Assembly: GCA_951406725.2 (NCBI GenBank)
Contig: OX597827.1
Location: forward strand, 56,916,001 to 56,980,000
Direction of reading: 5' to 3'
DNA length: 64,000 nt
Origin: Octopus vulgaris
Taxonomy: Eukaryota
Shown: one piece after another, positions 24,948 to 37,589 of the stretch
How the letters are laid out: each line of letters begins with the position of its first letter
Position numbering within the stretch: the stretch's first letter is position 1
Translations under genes and position numbers: made by a program
Notes under the pieces: generated by a model
Told to the model about the DNA's origin: nothing
The model's input: the letters and a program-made list of their open reading frames with translations, nothing else
Databases searched by the model: none

Positions 24948-25205
24948 GTAAGAATGGATTTATTAATTTACTTCTGTCTTCTGTATTTTGCTGTCATTTA
25001 ATTCAGTTAAATATACCTACCTGTTAACCTGTTTTTAAGGTGGTAGAGTGTGATTTGAGGGAAGTTTACCTGTTATCTTTGGCAGGTTGTTTATTCTCTC
25101 TAAAAGTGAATTTATGTTAATAAATTCAAAGATGTTAAGATTTCTTCTGTAAGATTTCATGTTATAATTTGTTAATGGTGAGAGAGCAAAGCAGGACAAA
25201 TCTTA

Positions 25206-25248
<43 letters not shown>

Positions 25249-25806
25249 TATCATCATTCATCATCATCATCATCATTTAATGTCCATTTTCCATGCTGGC
25301 ATGGGTTAGATAGTTTGACTGGAAATGGTGAGCCAGAGAGTTGCACTAGGTCCCAATCTGATTTGGCTTGGTTTTTTACAGCTGGATGCCCTTCTTAATG
25401 CCAACCACTCCAAGAGTGTAATGGATGCATTTTTTATATGCCACTGGCATGGGCACCATATACATGACACTGGCAATGGCTACGACTACAATTTCACTGG
25501 TGCCACTTATAAGACAGTCATGACTACAATTTCACTTGGCCTGATGAGTCTTCTCAAGCACTGCAAATTGCCAAAGATCTCAGTCACTTGTCATCACTAC
25601 ATGAGGCCCAACATTTGAAGATCGTGCTTCACTACCTTTCTAAAGGGGCCCATCATTTGAAACAGGGAATGGCCATGACTACAATTTCACTTGGCTTGAC
25701 GAGTCCTCTCAATCATAGCATATCACCAAAGGTCTCCGTCACTTGTCATGTTATAAGTGAAAAACAGATCTATTTGAATTTTTAAGTATTATTTTGAAAG
25801 ATTTCA

Positions 25807-25972
25807 AGGTGCAGGAGTGGTTGTGTGGTAAGTAGCTTGCTTACCAACCACATGGTTCTGGGTTCAGTCCCACTGCGTGGCGCCTTGGGCAAGTGTCTTC
25901 TACTATAGCCTCGACCTGACCAAAGTCTTGTGAGTGGATTTGCTAGACGGAAACTGAAAGAAGCCCATCGTA

Positions 25973-26026
<54 letters not shown>

Positions 26027-26259
26027 CGTGTATGTTTGTGTCTGTGTTTGTCCCCCTAGCATTGCTTGACAACCGATGCTGGTGTGTTTATGTCCCCGTC
26101 ACTTAGCGGTTTGGCAAAAGAGACCGATAGAATAAGTACTGGGCTTACAAAGAATAAGTCCCGGGGTCGAGTTGCTCGACTAAAGGCAGTGCTCTAGCAT
26201 GGTCGCAGTCAAATGACTGAAACAAGTAAAAGAGTAAAAGAGTAAAGAGTAAAAGAGTA
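25807..26259 (+). mobile_element. tRNA-derived SINE with internal (TA)n(TG)n and (GAGTAAAA)n tail. Other copies at about 7045-7570, 21435-21851(-), 35710-36141, 40560-40950, 43397-43812(-), 45308-45600 and 61820-61950(-).
   Basis: A-box gtggttgtgtggtaag and B-box ggttcagtccc; many dispersed homologous copies. Resembles recalled octopus SINE families. Confidence 0.8.
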
Positions 26260-26372
26260 TGGAAAACAGAATAAAAATAGATTTCAGAATTAACCCTTTT
26301 GGTAACAACTCACCTGAGACACCCCTAGTTCTATAACAATTCTGAGACACCCCTAGTTCTATAACAATTCCT

Positions 26373-26660
26373 CTAATAGCCTCTGTCCTCCATTGCTGAT
26401 AGGCTGCTGTTGATCACTAGTCTGTCAACAGATGTTGTAGCCTGTTGACCTCTTCTCCTGTAGCTATGGATTGGTTCCCAGAATAATGCATCTCTGATGC
26501 TTTCATACCTGGCCTGGTAGCAGTGCCCAGCAAAACAGATTTTCCTGGCTCTGACTAGCTCTGATATTGGGAGAAGGTCGCTGTAGAGGTCTTTATAGGT
26601 CACCCTCTGTTGCCATTTGATATTCAGTGCATGCTAGAGTAAGCAGGTGTAGCAACTGTC
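26373..26660 (-). mobile_element. RTE-clade LINE 3' fragment
   Basis: NIKWQQRVTYKDLYSDLLPISELVRARKICFAGHCYQA..ALFWEP..RRRG. Confidence 0.7.
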
Positions 26661-27009
26661 TAGTTGTTCCTGCAACGTTTTTGTCAGGGCCCAAGTCTAT
26701 AATACAAACATTTTGGTGTATGCTAACAGAAATGTCAAGAAATGCAATGAAAGTTTGGGAAATAGTGCAGGAGAAATTGAGGGCAGGATGGAAGGATTGG
26801 ACAAAAGAGAGGAAGGAGTCTAGTTGTTTGCAGGAGAATGAGGTTGCACTGATACAGTCATCAGTATAATGACCTTATAATTCAGTAGTGAGACCAGTGA
26901 ATCGTGAGAATATTTGGGCCTCAATGTAGCAAACAAACAGGTTTGCATAGTTGGGGGCCCATTCTTGTTTCCAATATATATATTCTTTTTATTTTTATTC
27001 TTTTGATAG

Positions 27010-27247
27010 GCTTGCAAAAGCAAAAGAAGAGCTTGCTACTGTCATGAGTAACCTGAGAGTACACCAGGATGCTTTGGCTAAGGTTGTGGCACAAATTGCT
27101 GCTCTGCAGAAAACATATGATGAAAGTGTAGACGAGAAAGAAAGGCTTGAATGTAAGATCACCCAGACAGCTGTCAGATTGAAACGAGCAACCAAATTAA
27201 CCAAAGCTCTTGCAGATAAGCATGAAAAATGGAAAGAAACAGTCGTA
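27010..27247 (+). CDS. DNAH6: DNAH6-like exon 6 (stalk CC2)
   Basis: tag|G..GTA|gtaagg, 238 nt. Reads LAKAKEELATVMSNLRVHQDALAKV...RLKRATKLTKALADKHEKWKETVV. Confidence 0.9.
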
Positions 27248-27726
27248 GTAAGGAAAACATTGAAAATGATATCATTGTATTGCTATGTATAGATTTTTCA
27301 AGCTTGAGTGAAATTTATTTGCTAAGCTGAACTCAGGAAAGTTATGGATAAAGCATTTCTCATATTAATAAGAATATCTCTTATATAAAATCCATTCTGT
27401 CTGTCTGTGTGTATGGCTTCTAGGATCTCGGGTATCCTCCATCCGATTGCGCTCATCTAACCACATTGCGTCATAGTTAGGTTATTTGTTTTCATCCCAG
27501 ATCCCTTCCCAAAGGGAGGAATTTTTTACAACATTGATAGTCTGGCCTTTCATACTATGATACATAACTTCTGGGTTTGTTGCAAGCTTGTTATTGATGG
27601 CTTTCCATACTTGAAAGTTTTTTTTATATAATGGAATTGTTCACCTGCTGCTTGCAGTCTGTGTTTAAGAGCAACTAATTTTCCTATCAGTGTTTCCTGC
27701 ATGTTTGTATGTATGTACATATATAT

Positions 27727-28082
27727 GGCAACAGGTAGTGTCAGAGCTATGCCATTGGGAACTTCGGTTCCTGGTAGGGCAACCCAAGGTGGATTGGTCT
27801 GACACCGAGTGGTATTAGGGCCACAACCCGGCAGACGGGGTGAAAATCCTCGGAGTTTCTGTTTCGGCAACCGGTTGCTCCTCGGTCGTTCTGTCCCTGC
27901 ATCTGCGGCAAACAGGATGTCTCTACATGCGGGATTGTTGGGGACCGCTTGTGAAATCCACATATTCCCACAAAACTTCTTCCATGAAGTCTCAATGGCG
28001 AATGTTCGAGATGCCTTGAGGGTGGTAGAAGCCGACTCAACCCACCCAGGGTGAATGTCGCCACAAGTACAAGTAGTAACTA
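27727..28082 (-). mobile_element. GC/CpG-rich insert resembling the 5' UTR of an RTE-clade LINE
   Basis: Abrupt GC-rich block between microsatellites. The minus-strand motif gggttgccctaccaggaaccgaagttcccaatggcatagctct resembles recalled RTE/Rex3 5' UTR motifs. Confidence 0.45.
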
Positions 28083-28091
28083 CATGTACAC

Positions 28092-28153
<62 letters not shown>

Positions 28154-28155
28154 GC

Positions 28156-28186
<31 letters not shown>

Positions 28187-28325
28187 TGTATGTATGTATG
28201 AATGTATGTATGCATGCAGGTATGCATGTATATATTCTTTATTTGTTAGTCAATGAATCTCTGTAATTATGTATTCTTCTCCCCCTATGTATGTATGTGT
28301 GTGTGTTTAGTGCCCCACCACTCAG

Positions 28326-28423
<98 letters not shown>

Positions 28424-28749
28424 TAAAAACGAACGAGGAGGAAAGAGACGGAACAAAGTGAGAATTCGAAAAATCGAAAATTCAAACAAACCCGACGCGA
28501 AGCGCTGTCAGACAATAGTGTAATAAATAAAATATATGCATACATACAAACATATATGTATGTACCGACATCTACATGTATATATACATGCATATATAAA
28601 TATATATATATATGTACAGGACACCACTTGTGGTGTCCTGTACGTATATATATATTTATATATGCATGTATATATACATGTAGATGTTGGTACGTACATA
28701 TATGTTTGTATGTATGCATATATTTTATTTATTACACTATATATATATA

Positions 28750-28831
<82 letters not shown>

Positions 28832-29424
28832 CCAGTAAAAGTTACCATGTGACTTAAGGGCTGAGGGTTTTATGCATAGTTCTTATCAATCAGTTAATAG
28901 TAACAAAAAGATATCTACACTCATGCTCTGAGTTCTATTTATCCAATTTGTACTATCAAACCAATCCAAACTCACACACACACACACACACACACTCTCA
29001 TACATGTACGTAACATGGTATGCAAATTAGTAGCTGCTGAAATTGTTTATTAAGTAAACAGGTTGGCTGCTTGATTCTCTGGGATTGGTCAAATTGATGT
29101 AGACAGCTCTGATGAGAAGAAGTCAATGAAGTACACAAATCAGTTAAAACTCATCATCGTTTATCGTCCGCTTTCCATGCTGGCATGGGTTGGACGGTGC
29201 AACCGGGGTCTGGGAAGCCAGAAGGCTGCACCAGGCCCAATCTGATCTGGCAATGTTTCTACGGCTGGATGCCCTTCCTAACGCCAACCACTCCATGAGT
29301 GTAGTGGGTTCTTTTTACGTGCCACCGGCATAGGTGCCAGACGAGGCTGGCAAACGGTCAAGCATTTTTTTTTTCCTGCAGAGAAATAGATATATTTACC
29401 CTGTTTATTTATCTACTATATAGG

Positions 29425-29463
<39 letters not shown>

Positions 29464-29509
29464 CGGTTATGGCTACTTAAATTTGCATATTTGTATTCCC
29501 TGTTTTCAG

Positions 29510-29812
29510 GAATTTGATCAGCTGTTGGGCCACATTGCTGGTGATGTTTTGATTTCTGCTGGCAGTGTTGCTTATACTGGTGCTTTCACAAATGATTACC
29601 GCCACGAGCTCATTACAATCTGGATTGAGAAATGTTCTGAAGTTGAAATTCCTATTTCAACTGATTTTTCACTGGTTAATACACTCTCAAATTCTTACCA
29701 AATTCGTGAGTGGAACTCTGATGGGCTACCAAGAGATGAGGTCTCCATTGACAATGCAGTAATTGTTATCTACAGCCAGCGTTGGCCTTTAATGATTGAT
29801 CCACAAGAACAA
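29510..29812 (+). CDS. DNAH6: DNAH6-like exon 7 (AAA5 start)
   Basis: cag|GAA..CAA|gtaatt, 303 nt. Reads EFDQLLGHIAGDVLISAGSVAYTGAFTNDYR...IREWNSDGLPRDEVSIDNAVIVIYSQRWPLMIDPQEQ. Confidence 0.95.
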
Positions 29813-30207
29813 GTAATTATGAATATTTGAAATTTTGGACATTTATCTTAAAAATTGTATCAGTTTCATTGATTTTTCCTTCTATTGTTGTGATTTCATT
29901 TACTCTAACAATTTAAACTTAATCTTACTGTAACTATAATAAACTTACTATAATACCCCTATAAGTCACATATATATGTACACACACACACACACACAGA
30001 CATTATATATATATATTTGTGTGTATATATATATATATATACACACACACAAAAATTCTATATTTATAAGCATAATCATAATTAGGGTTCAGCAAAAATT
30101 GCTTCACCACATACCGAAATTTAGAAATAGCAGTTAAATACTATTCCACTACCATAACATCGGATATGTATATTAATTATCAGTGCTCTCAAATTCAAAA
30201 TTGAGAT

Positions 30208-30281
30208 ACTATACTGACAATGGGAATACGTGAGTAGAAATATGATTTTACATCTCTTTAACCCAGAAACGCGTATATAGT
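30208..30281 (+). ncRNA. Hammerhead motif with core G8->A (CTGACAA), GUA after 30275
   Basis: actata CTGACAA tggg...ccca GAAA cgcg TA tatagt. Stems I and II perfect. Confidence 0.65.
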
Positions 30282-30382
30282 TAATCAAAGCCAGGTGGAT
30301 TCATTATTTTTTTCTCTTTGCCTGCGTGAGTTGAGAGTATTGCTGTCTGGAAGATATCTTATGGTAGTGGAATAGTATTTAA

Positions 30383-30565
30383 ATGTGCAAACGTCTCTCT
30401 TGCACACCACAACTGATGCTTCTTAGGTCCAACTTTTCTCTCAAGGTACTTACACTCTGTCGAGTATGAACACTGACATTACACATCCATCGGAGCATAC
30501 TGGTTTCATTTCTTGCAAGCTTACACATATCCTCAGCAGTCACGGTCCATGTTTCACTGCCATGT
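30383..30565 (-). mobile_element. RTE-clade LINE fragment
   Basis: HGSETWTVTAEDMCKLARNETSMLRWMCNVSVHTRQSVSTLREKLDLRSI..VQERRL. Confidence 0.75.
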
Positions 30566-30686
30566 ATATTATTATAAATATATAGACACACGCATAGATA
30601 TATGTAAATACATATGCACATATATAGATCTTTATCATTACACCTCTTGTATCAAATTAATCCCCAAATGTATTTTGGATTTGTAG

Positions 30687-30872
30687 GCTAACATGTGGAT
30701 TAAGAAAAAAGAAGCTAAATATAACCTTAGTGTAATAAAACCTTCTGATACCAATCTTATGAGAACTCTTGAGAATTGCATACGGATCGGTAGGCCTGTT
30801 TTACTGGAAGATGTTGGCGAGGTTTTAGAACCGTCCCTGGAGCCTATCCTGTGTAAACAAACTTATTACAAG
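30687..30872 (+). CDS. DNAH6: DNAH6-like exon 8 (AAA5)
   Basis: tag|GCT..AAG|gtaatt, 186 nt. Reads [62 protein letters not shown]. Confidence 0.95.
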
Positions 30873-32029
30873 GTAATTTTAGTATACATGACTAATTTAA
30901 CTCTTTAACATTTGGATTATTCTACAAAATGTAATACTTATTTATTCACATAGTTTTGAATTAATCATTTGCTATCCTGTAGCATGGAGATTTCAAGGAC
31001 GTGACTGTTTGTTTATTTTTAGAATGGTATTGTAGGCCAAGTGTGAGAGGTTAGATCTGGCTAGTTTGAACATAAAACAAGTGGAATATTTATGCTGTAT
31101 ATATCTGTATCCGTGCTAGTGGAATGCTAAGAGCACCATCCGAGTGTGATCATTGCCAGAGCAGCCAACAGGTTTCTGTGTCGGTGGTATGTAAAAAGCA
31201 CCATTTGTGCATGACTGTTACCAGCGTAGTCTTACTGGCACTTGTGCCGGTGGCTTGTGAAAAAACATTCGAGCGAGGTCATTACCAGTACCGCTGGACT
31301 GGCTCCTGTGCAGGTGGCATGTGAAAAACACCATTTCAGCGTGGCTGTTGTCAGTACTGCTTGACTGGCCCTCATACCGGTGGCACATAAAAGCACCCAC
31401 TACAATCTCGGAGTGGTTGGCTTTAGGAAGGGCATCCAGCTGTAGAAACTCTGCCAGATCAGATTGGAGCCTGGTGCAGCCATCTGGCTCACCAGTCCTC
31501 AGTCAAACCATCCAACCCATGCTAGCATGGAAAGTGGACGTTAAACGATGATGGCCTGTTTAAATGCTAAATGGTTAAATGTTATATATTTTAGTATTTG
31601 TCTTACGTACAAAATGTCTATACTGATAGCTAAAAGTATTTTCTGTGTTTTAGTTGAGTAGTCAACTGTTAGCTCTGTTTAAGCAAACATGTGTCAGAGA
31701 AGTAACTAATGAGACATCTAACAATAATCCATTAAGCCCAGGCATGGCTGTGTGGTAAGTTTGCTTCCCAACCATGTAATTTTGGGTTCAGTCCTATGGC
31801 ATGACATCTTAGGCAACTATCTTCTACTATAGCCCTGGGATGACCAAAGCCTTATGAAATAAGTAAAAAATAAAGGACCAGGAACACTTAAGAATATTAT
31901 GGTTCAGTACTTTTGAATACTTTATGTAATTGTTGTTTAGTTACACAGCCATCATTGAACAGTTCTAGTATAAATTGACAAACATAACATTTGATGGAAT
32001 AATCTGATTACTAAAGATTAAGATTACTA

Positions 32030-34075
32030 ATCCTTTTTACTAGGGACACATGGCCTCAAATTTTGGCAGAGTGGGCTAGTTGATTACATCACTCCTTATA
32101 GTTAACTGGTGCTTATTTTATCTGCCCCCAAAGAATGAAAGGTGGAATTTGAACTCAGGCAAATGAAATACAACCAAGCATTTTGCCTGGTATGCTATCA
32201 ATTCTACCAGCTTACCATCTTAGAGGTTAAGATTAAGAATGGTTTCAAAAATTTTGGCACAAGGCCAGCATGTTCAAGGCAAGGGGATAATCAATTATAT
32301 CAACCCCCAGTGCTCAACTTGTACATATTTTATTGACCCTGAAAGAATGAAAGGCAAAGTTGACCCTGGTGGCATTTGAACTCAGAATGTAAAGACTGAC
32401 AAAATGCCACTAAGCATTTTACCTGGCACAGTAACAATTCTGCCAGCTCAATGCCTATAAATGAATACCAGCATAAGGCCAGCAGTTTTGGGGAAAGGGC
32501 TAAGTCAATTACAGTGACCCCCAGTGCTCAACTGGTCCTTATTTTATTGACTCTGAAAAAGGAAGGGCAAAGTCAACCTCTGTGGAATTTAAACTCAAAA
32601 CATAAAGACGGATGAACTGCTGCTAAGCAGTGTGCTAACAATTCTGCCAGCTCCCTGCCTTAAACAGAACTAGATCAACTAGGATCATTACAGGTTATCA
32701 AAAATACAGTGTAATTGTTGTGTCTGGGGAGAGTCATTTTCTATAATTTAACACATTCACCATTATGAAAATTTTAGGAAAATAAAAATAAGAAATAAGT
32801 GAAAATTTTACTGGTGAGTACGTTAAATTATAAGACACAAAAAGAAAATGACTCTCCCCAGACACAACAGAATATGCTTCAACACATGAACTCACATAAA
32901 GAATCTTGCAAACCAAATCCAAAAACTAAGTGTAATTGTTATTACCCTTTCATTTATTATTATCTTTTTCTTAGTTACATCTGTTACAATTTGAAGGTTT
33001 TGAAATGGACATATCCCTTTAATATTGATTTCAAATTTTGGCACAAGATCAGCAATTTAGCAGAATGGGGAAGGTTAATTACATCAACCCCCCACTGCTC
33101 AATGGATGCTTATTTTATCAACCTGGAAAGGATAAAAGGCAAAGTTGACCCTGTTAAAATTTGAACTCAGACAGATGAAATGTTGCTAAATATTCGCCCC
33201 AGAATGCTGAGGATTTTACCACCTTAGAGATTAAGATTAATAATCCTTCCTACTATAGGCACAAAGCCTAAAATTTTGGGGGAGGGGGAAAGTCGGTCAC
33301 ATCAGCCTCAGACTAGTCCTTAATTTATCAACCTCGAAAGGATGAAAGGTGAAGTCGACCTCAGCGGAATTTGAACTCAGAACATAAAGATGGATGAAAT
33401 ACTACTAAGCATTTTGGCCAGTATGCTAACTATTCTGCCAGCTTGCTGCCTGAGATTAAGATTGATAATACAAACAGAATTAGGTCAGCTATGATCACTA
33501 CTAAATGTTGATCAATAATATATTGGAATTGTTACACTCCATAACTTGGTTTTAATTCTTTTTCTTAGTTATTCTTGTTATAATTGGAGGATTTGAAAAT
33601 TATTATTTTTTTTATAGTGGTTCCACATTTTGGCACAAAACCAGTAATCTCAGGGGAGGGGATACATTGATTACATCGACCCTAGTGCTCAACTAGTATT
33701 TATTTTATTTATTAATAGAGCGGTGAGCTGGCAGAGTCACTAGCAAGCCGGGCGAAATGCTTAGCAGTATTTAGTCTGCTGCTATGTTCTGAGTTCAAAT
33801 TCCACTGAGGTCGACTTTGCCTTTCATCCTTTCAGGGTCGATTAAAAAAGTACCAGTTACGCACTGGGCTTGATATAATCGACTTAATCCCTTTATCTGT
33901 CCTTGTTTAGCCCCTTGTGGGTAGTAAAGAAATAGGTATATATTTTATTAACCACGAAAGGATGAAAGGCAAAGCCGACCTTGGAAAAATTTGAACTCAG
34001 AATGTAAAGATGGATGTAATGCCTTCAAGCATTTTGCTACGTCTGCTAACGATTCTACCAGCTCCCTGCCCTAAT
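32030..34075 (-). mobile_element. Cluster of roughly 8 copies of a third SINE family. Also at about 9570-10850, 41915-42545, 54300-54520 and 55400-56130.
   Basis: Repeated ttttggcacaaggccagcaa...gaaaggatgaaaggcaaagtcgacc...atttgaactcagaa...tctgccagc blocks. Confidence 0.75.
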
Positions 34076-34679
34076 TAATTTCTTTAATATTAGGAGCTCT
34101 AGATAAAGCTTTTCTTCAAATAAATGATATAAGATTCTGGCTTCTTTCTCTTTCTCTAACATTCCAATGAGATATTTAGAACAGCACAAAGCATTCTGCT
34201 GTACGTGTCATTTAGAGTTTTCTTCATGGGAGTTGAAAGTATGGAGCTATGTTAGCGAGCTATTAACTAAAACTGATTTGATTACATGGCAACACTTAAG
34301 ATGCCACTGAAAAGGATGAAAAAAAGTTCCAATTGGTATAAAAAGCTCCAATTACCATTCAGTCTGTGGAATAGAGGTCACAGTAAGAAAGTAGTTAAAC
34401 TGTATCTCATATGTTTAATATGTTTAAGTCACATGTATCGTTATCTTCAAGAGGATTGTCAAAGAGTTAAATGTTCATATTGGTGTCAGACTTTTGTAGT
34501 AATTAGAGGTAAAAAAAAAAAAGGAATGAAACCTAAAGTGTGTTTGATTAAGTGTTTGACTGAAGAAACCTGTTAGGATTTCCTTGATGGGGCAATTTTA
34601 GAAGTTTTATTTTAATTGTGATGATCTAAGTATAAAAGAATTCTCCACTGTACAGATTCTATCCAAATTCATAGCATCT

Positions 34680-35065
34680 TCATTGTTCGACCGTGGTCGA
34701 GACAATGGAATTTACTATGCTACGCCAGGCTTCATGGTCCATCATAGCATTACGGAGGTCCTGTTGCTGGATGCCTGTATCCCTGGAGATTACATCAGGG
34801 TAGGAGAGTGTGTGCCCTCTGGTATCGTGAGCAGATGATTTCCAGAGGAGAAGAGTAGAAATTACTTCTTTTTCAGCTCTACAACAATGTCCAGCAAACT
34901 GGACTCTTCTACCTTTCACAAGAGATGATACAGGTGGTAGTTTTCCATATATTTGTATTTTGGTTGGATGACGTTTCCATGAGATATTTTGAGCTCTCAT
35001 AAGGAGGCGAGTGTAAGTTTCATCCAACCGCCTCTCAAGCTTCTTTGATAACGTCCAAGTTCATA
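34680..35065 (-). mobile_element. RTE-clade LINE 3' fragment
   Basis: WTLSKKLERRLDETYTRLLMRAQNISWKRHPT...RRVQFAGHCCRA...LLLW. Confidence 0.75.
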
Positions 35066-35159
35066 AGATATGTATGTTTTATGTGTTTGTGTGTCTGTGT
35101 GTGTATGCATGTATATGATGGACTCTCTTGTCGATTTTGAAGTATGCGGATCTGACAAC

Positions 35160-35390
35160 CCACTCTTTCTTTGTCAGTCACAATGCTTATGTTGAATGTG
35201 ACATTTGAGTCCTGCCAATGATTTCCAAAGAAGCCCACAGATGTTGCAAGTATGAGAATTATGGCTCAGTGCAGGCAGTGTATTTGCAGCCACTTTTCTC
35301 CTTTGCCTTGCACACCTAAGCCTGTTAATGCTGGTTGCAACAAAGTTTCTAATGACAAATTCCATTTTGTCATTTTCTTCGCTCATACAC
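35160..35390 (-). mobile_element. RTE-like LINE 3' end with C2H2 finger
   Basis: RQRRK...HTCNICGLLWKSLAGLKCHIQHKH. Confidence 0.5.
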
Positions 35391-35504
35391 CCACACTTTA
35401 CTATATTCAAGTTAAGAGTATGTGTGTGTATATATATATATATTGATAAAACGTTTTTTTTTTTTTTTTTTTATTTAACGGTATTTTTTCATAACGTTTT
35501 CAAA

Positions 35505-35578
35505 TAGCCAGATAACCGAAGAGATGGTGTTGTGGATTTCCACTTCGGCATCTGAAACTCAGAGTTTTATCTTGACTA
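35505..35578 (+). ncRNA. Degenerate hammerhead motif between two (TA)n tracts
   Basis: agataa CCGAAGA gatg..gtgg-attt-ccac..catct GAAA ctc-a-gag TT ttatct. Confidence 0.5.
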
Positions 35579-35891
35579 CCGAGTAATGTAACATATTGTA
35601 GAGATATATATATATATATGTATGTATAGAGAGAGAGAGAGAGAGAGAGAGAGATAGGTATACACAACACACACATTATTATGTTTAAGTTCAGTAAATA
35701 TATATATACAGGCATAGGAGTGACTGTGTGATAAGTAGATTGCTTACAAACCACATGGTTCCGGGTTCAGTCCCACTGCGTGGCACCCTGGGCAAGTGTC
35801 TTCTACTATAGCCTCTGGCCGATAAAAGCCTTGTGAGTGTATTTGGTAGACAGAAACTGATAGAGGCCTGTTGTATATATGTGTATGTGTA

Positions 35892-35922
<31 letters not shown>

Positions 35923-36387
35923 GTGTGTGTGTATGTTTGTGGGTCTGTGTTTGTTCCCCCAACATTGCTTGACAACCAATGCTGGTGTGTTTACATCCCC
36001 CGTAACTAAGTGGTTCGGCAAAAGAGACTGATAGAATAAGTACTAGGCTTACAAAGAATAAGTCTTGGGGTCGATTTGCTCGACTAAAAAGCGGTGCTCC
36101 AGCATGGCCACAGTCAAATGACTGAAACAAGTAAAAGAGTATATATGTATTTATGCACACACATCATTATCATCATCATTTAACACCCTTTTTCCATGCT
36201 GACATGAGTTGGACGATGTGACAAAGAACAGATGAGCCAGAAGGCTCTGCCAGGCTCTGCATCTGCATTGGCATGGCTTCTACAGCTGGATGCGCTTCCT
36301 AGCACTGACTTTTTAACAGAATGTAGTGGCTACATTTTACATGACACCAGTGTACGCACACATACACAGAGAGTGAGAGGCGGAAAG

Positions 36388-36421
<34 letters not shown>

Positions 36422-36574
36422 TGTATGTTTAGGTGAAGGCATGTAAAAACTTTCTGATAATATTTATTGGGAAGAAAATTCGTTTATGTAAATTGTGAGA
36501 ACTAAATAAATAAATTTTCTACAATAAAAATGTTTTTGCCAAACTCTTCTTCATTGCTAAATAATTTTCTTCAG

Positions 36575-36747
36575 TCTGGTCGTCAGATGATACGTCTTGG
36601 AGACACTGAACTTGAATACAGTCAAGAATTTAAACTATTCATGACAACGAAACTACCCAATCCTCATTATCTTCCTGAAATTTGTATTAAAGTTACAATT
36701 GTTAACTTCACTGTCACACGGACAGGGCTTGGAGACCAAGTTCTTAG
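36575..36747 (+). CDS. DNAH6: DNAH6-like exon 9 (AAA5)
   Basis: cag|TCT..AG|gtaaga, 173 nt. Reads SGRQMIRLGDTELEYSQEFKLFMTTKLPNPHYLPEICIKVTIVNFTVTRTGLGDQVL. Confidence 0.95.
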
Positions 36748-37589
36748 GTAAGAATTCCTGCACCTTTTATATTTTCTGTTGTTGATCAGTTTTTTTTTTT
36801 TTTTCTGATGGCCAAATATAACCTCCTCCTTCTCTGTCATCATCGTTGTCATCATCATCATCATCATCATGTAAGTATTTCTACTTCTCAGTTATTTTTA
36901 TTCTCCTTCTCCTGCTCCTTCTTGCCACCACCACCTTACCTCACCACTGCCACCACTGCCGCTGCCGCCGTGCCACCACCACCACCACCACCACCACCAC
37001 CACCGCCACCACCACCACCACCACCACCATCAACACCATTTTTCATCTGCTTTTGTATGCTGGATTGGGTTGGGTATATTATTTTTTGATTCAGTCCTTA
37101 TTCAGAGTTACTGCCCTCTAAAAAGGGTTTGGGAGCTGTTACAGTCATGCCAAAAGTAGCATGAGTGCAATGGCTAGATGCTCTTACAACATTCTATTTA
37201 TTGTGGCACCAGCATCAGAGAGGTTGTCTTAACCTTGGTAAGACTAAAGACTCTTCTCTAGCCTACTTTGTCTCTGTTCATTTGTGAACCACTTCACAGA
37301 GTATATTAGGTGCAGTTTATTATGGCACCAGCGCTGGAGAGGTTACTTTGTCTTTGACAAGACTAAAGAGTCCATTCTATCCTACATTGTCTCTGTTTTT
37401 TGTTCATCAGTACTAGAAGCTTGTTTTGTCCCCAATTGCTGGAAGAGATAGCAATGAAATAAGACACATTGCTTTGTGGTACCTCAGTGAACTTAGGAGA
37501 CAGTTGCCTTAATGGTATGTGCATCAAGTATCTCATGGGGGCTCAGAACATCTCATTGAATGCGCACAAGACCAAACAGTGGATTTGAA

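Noticed and set aside
36808-37121. Poly-His/Pro/Thr ORFs after exon 9
   Set aside because: (CAT)n and (CCA)n microsatellites in the intron, with no splice or homology support.
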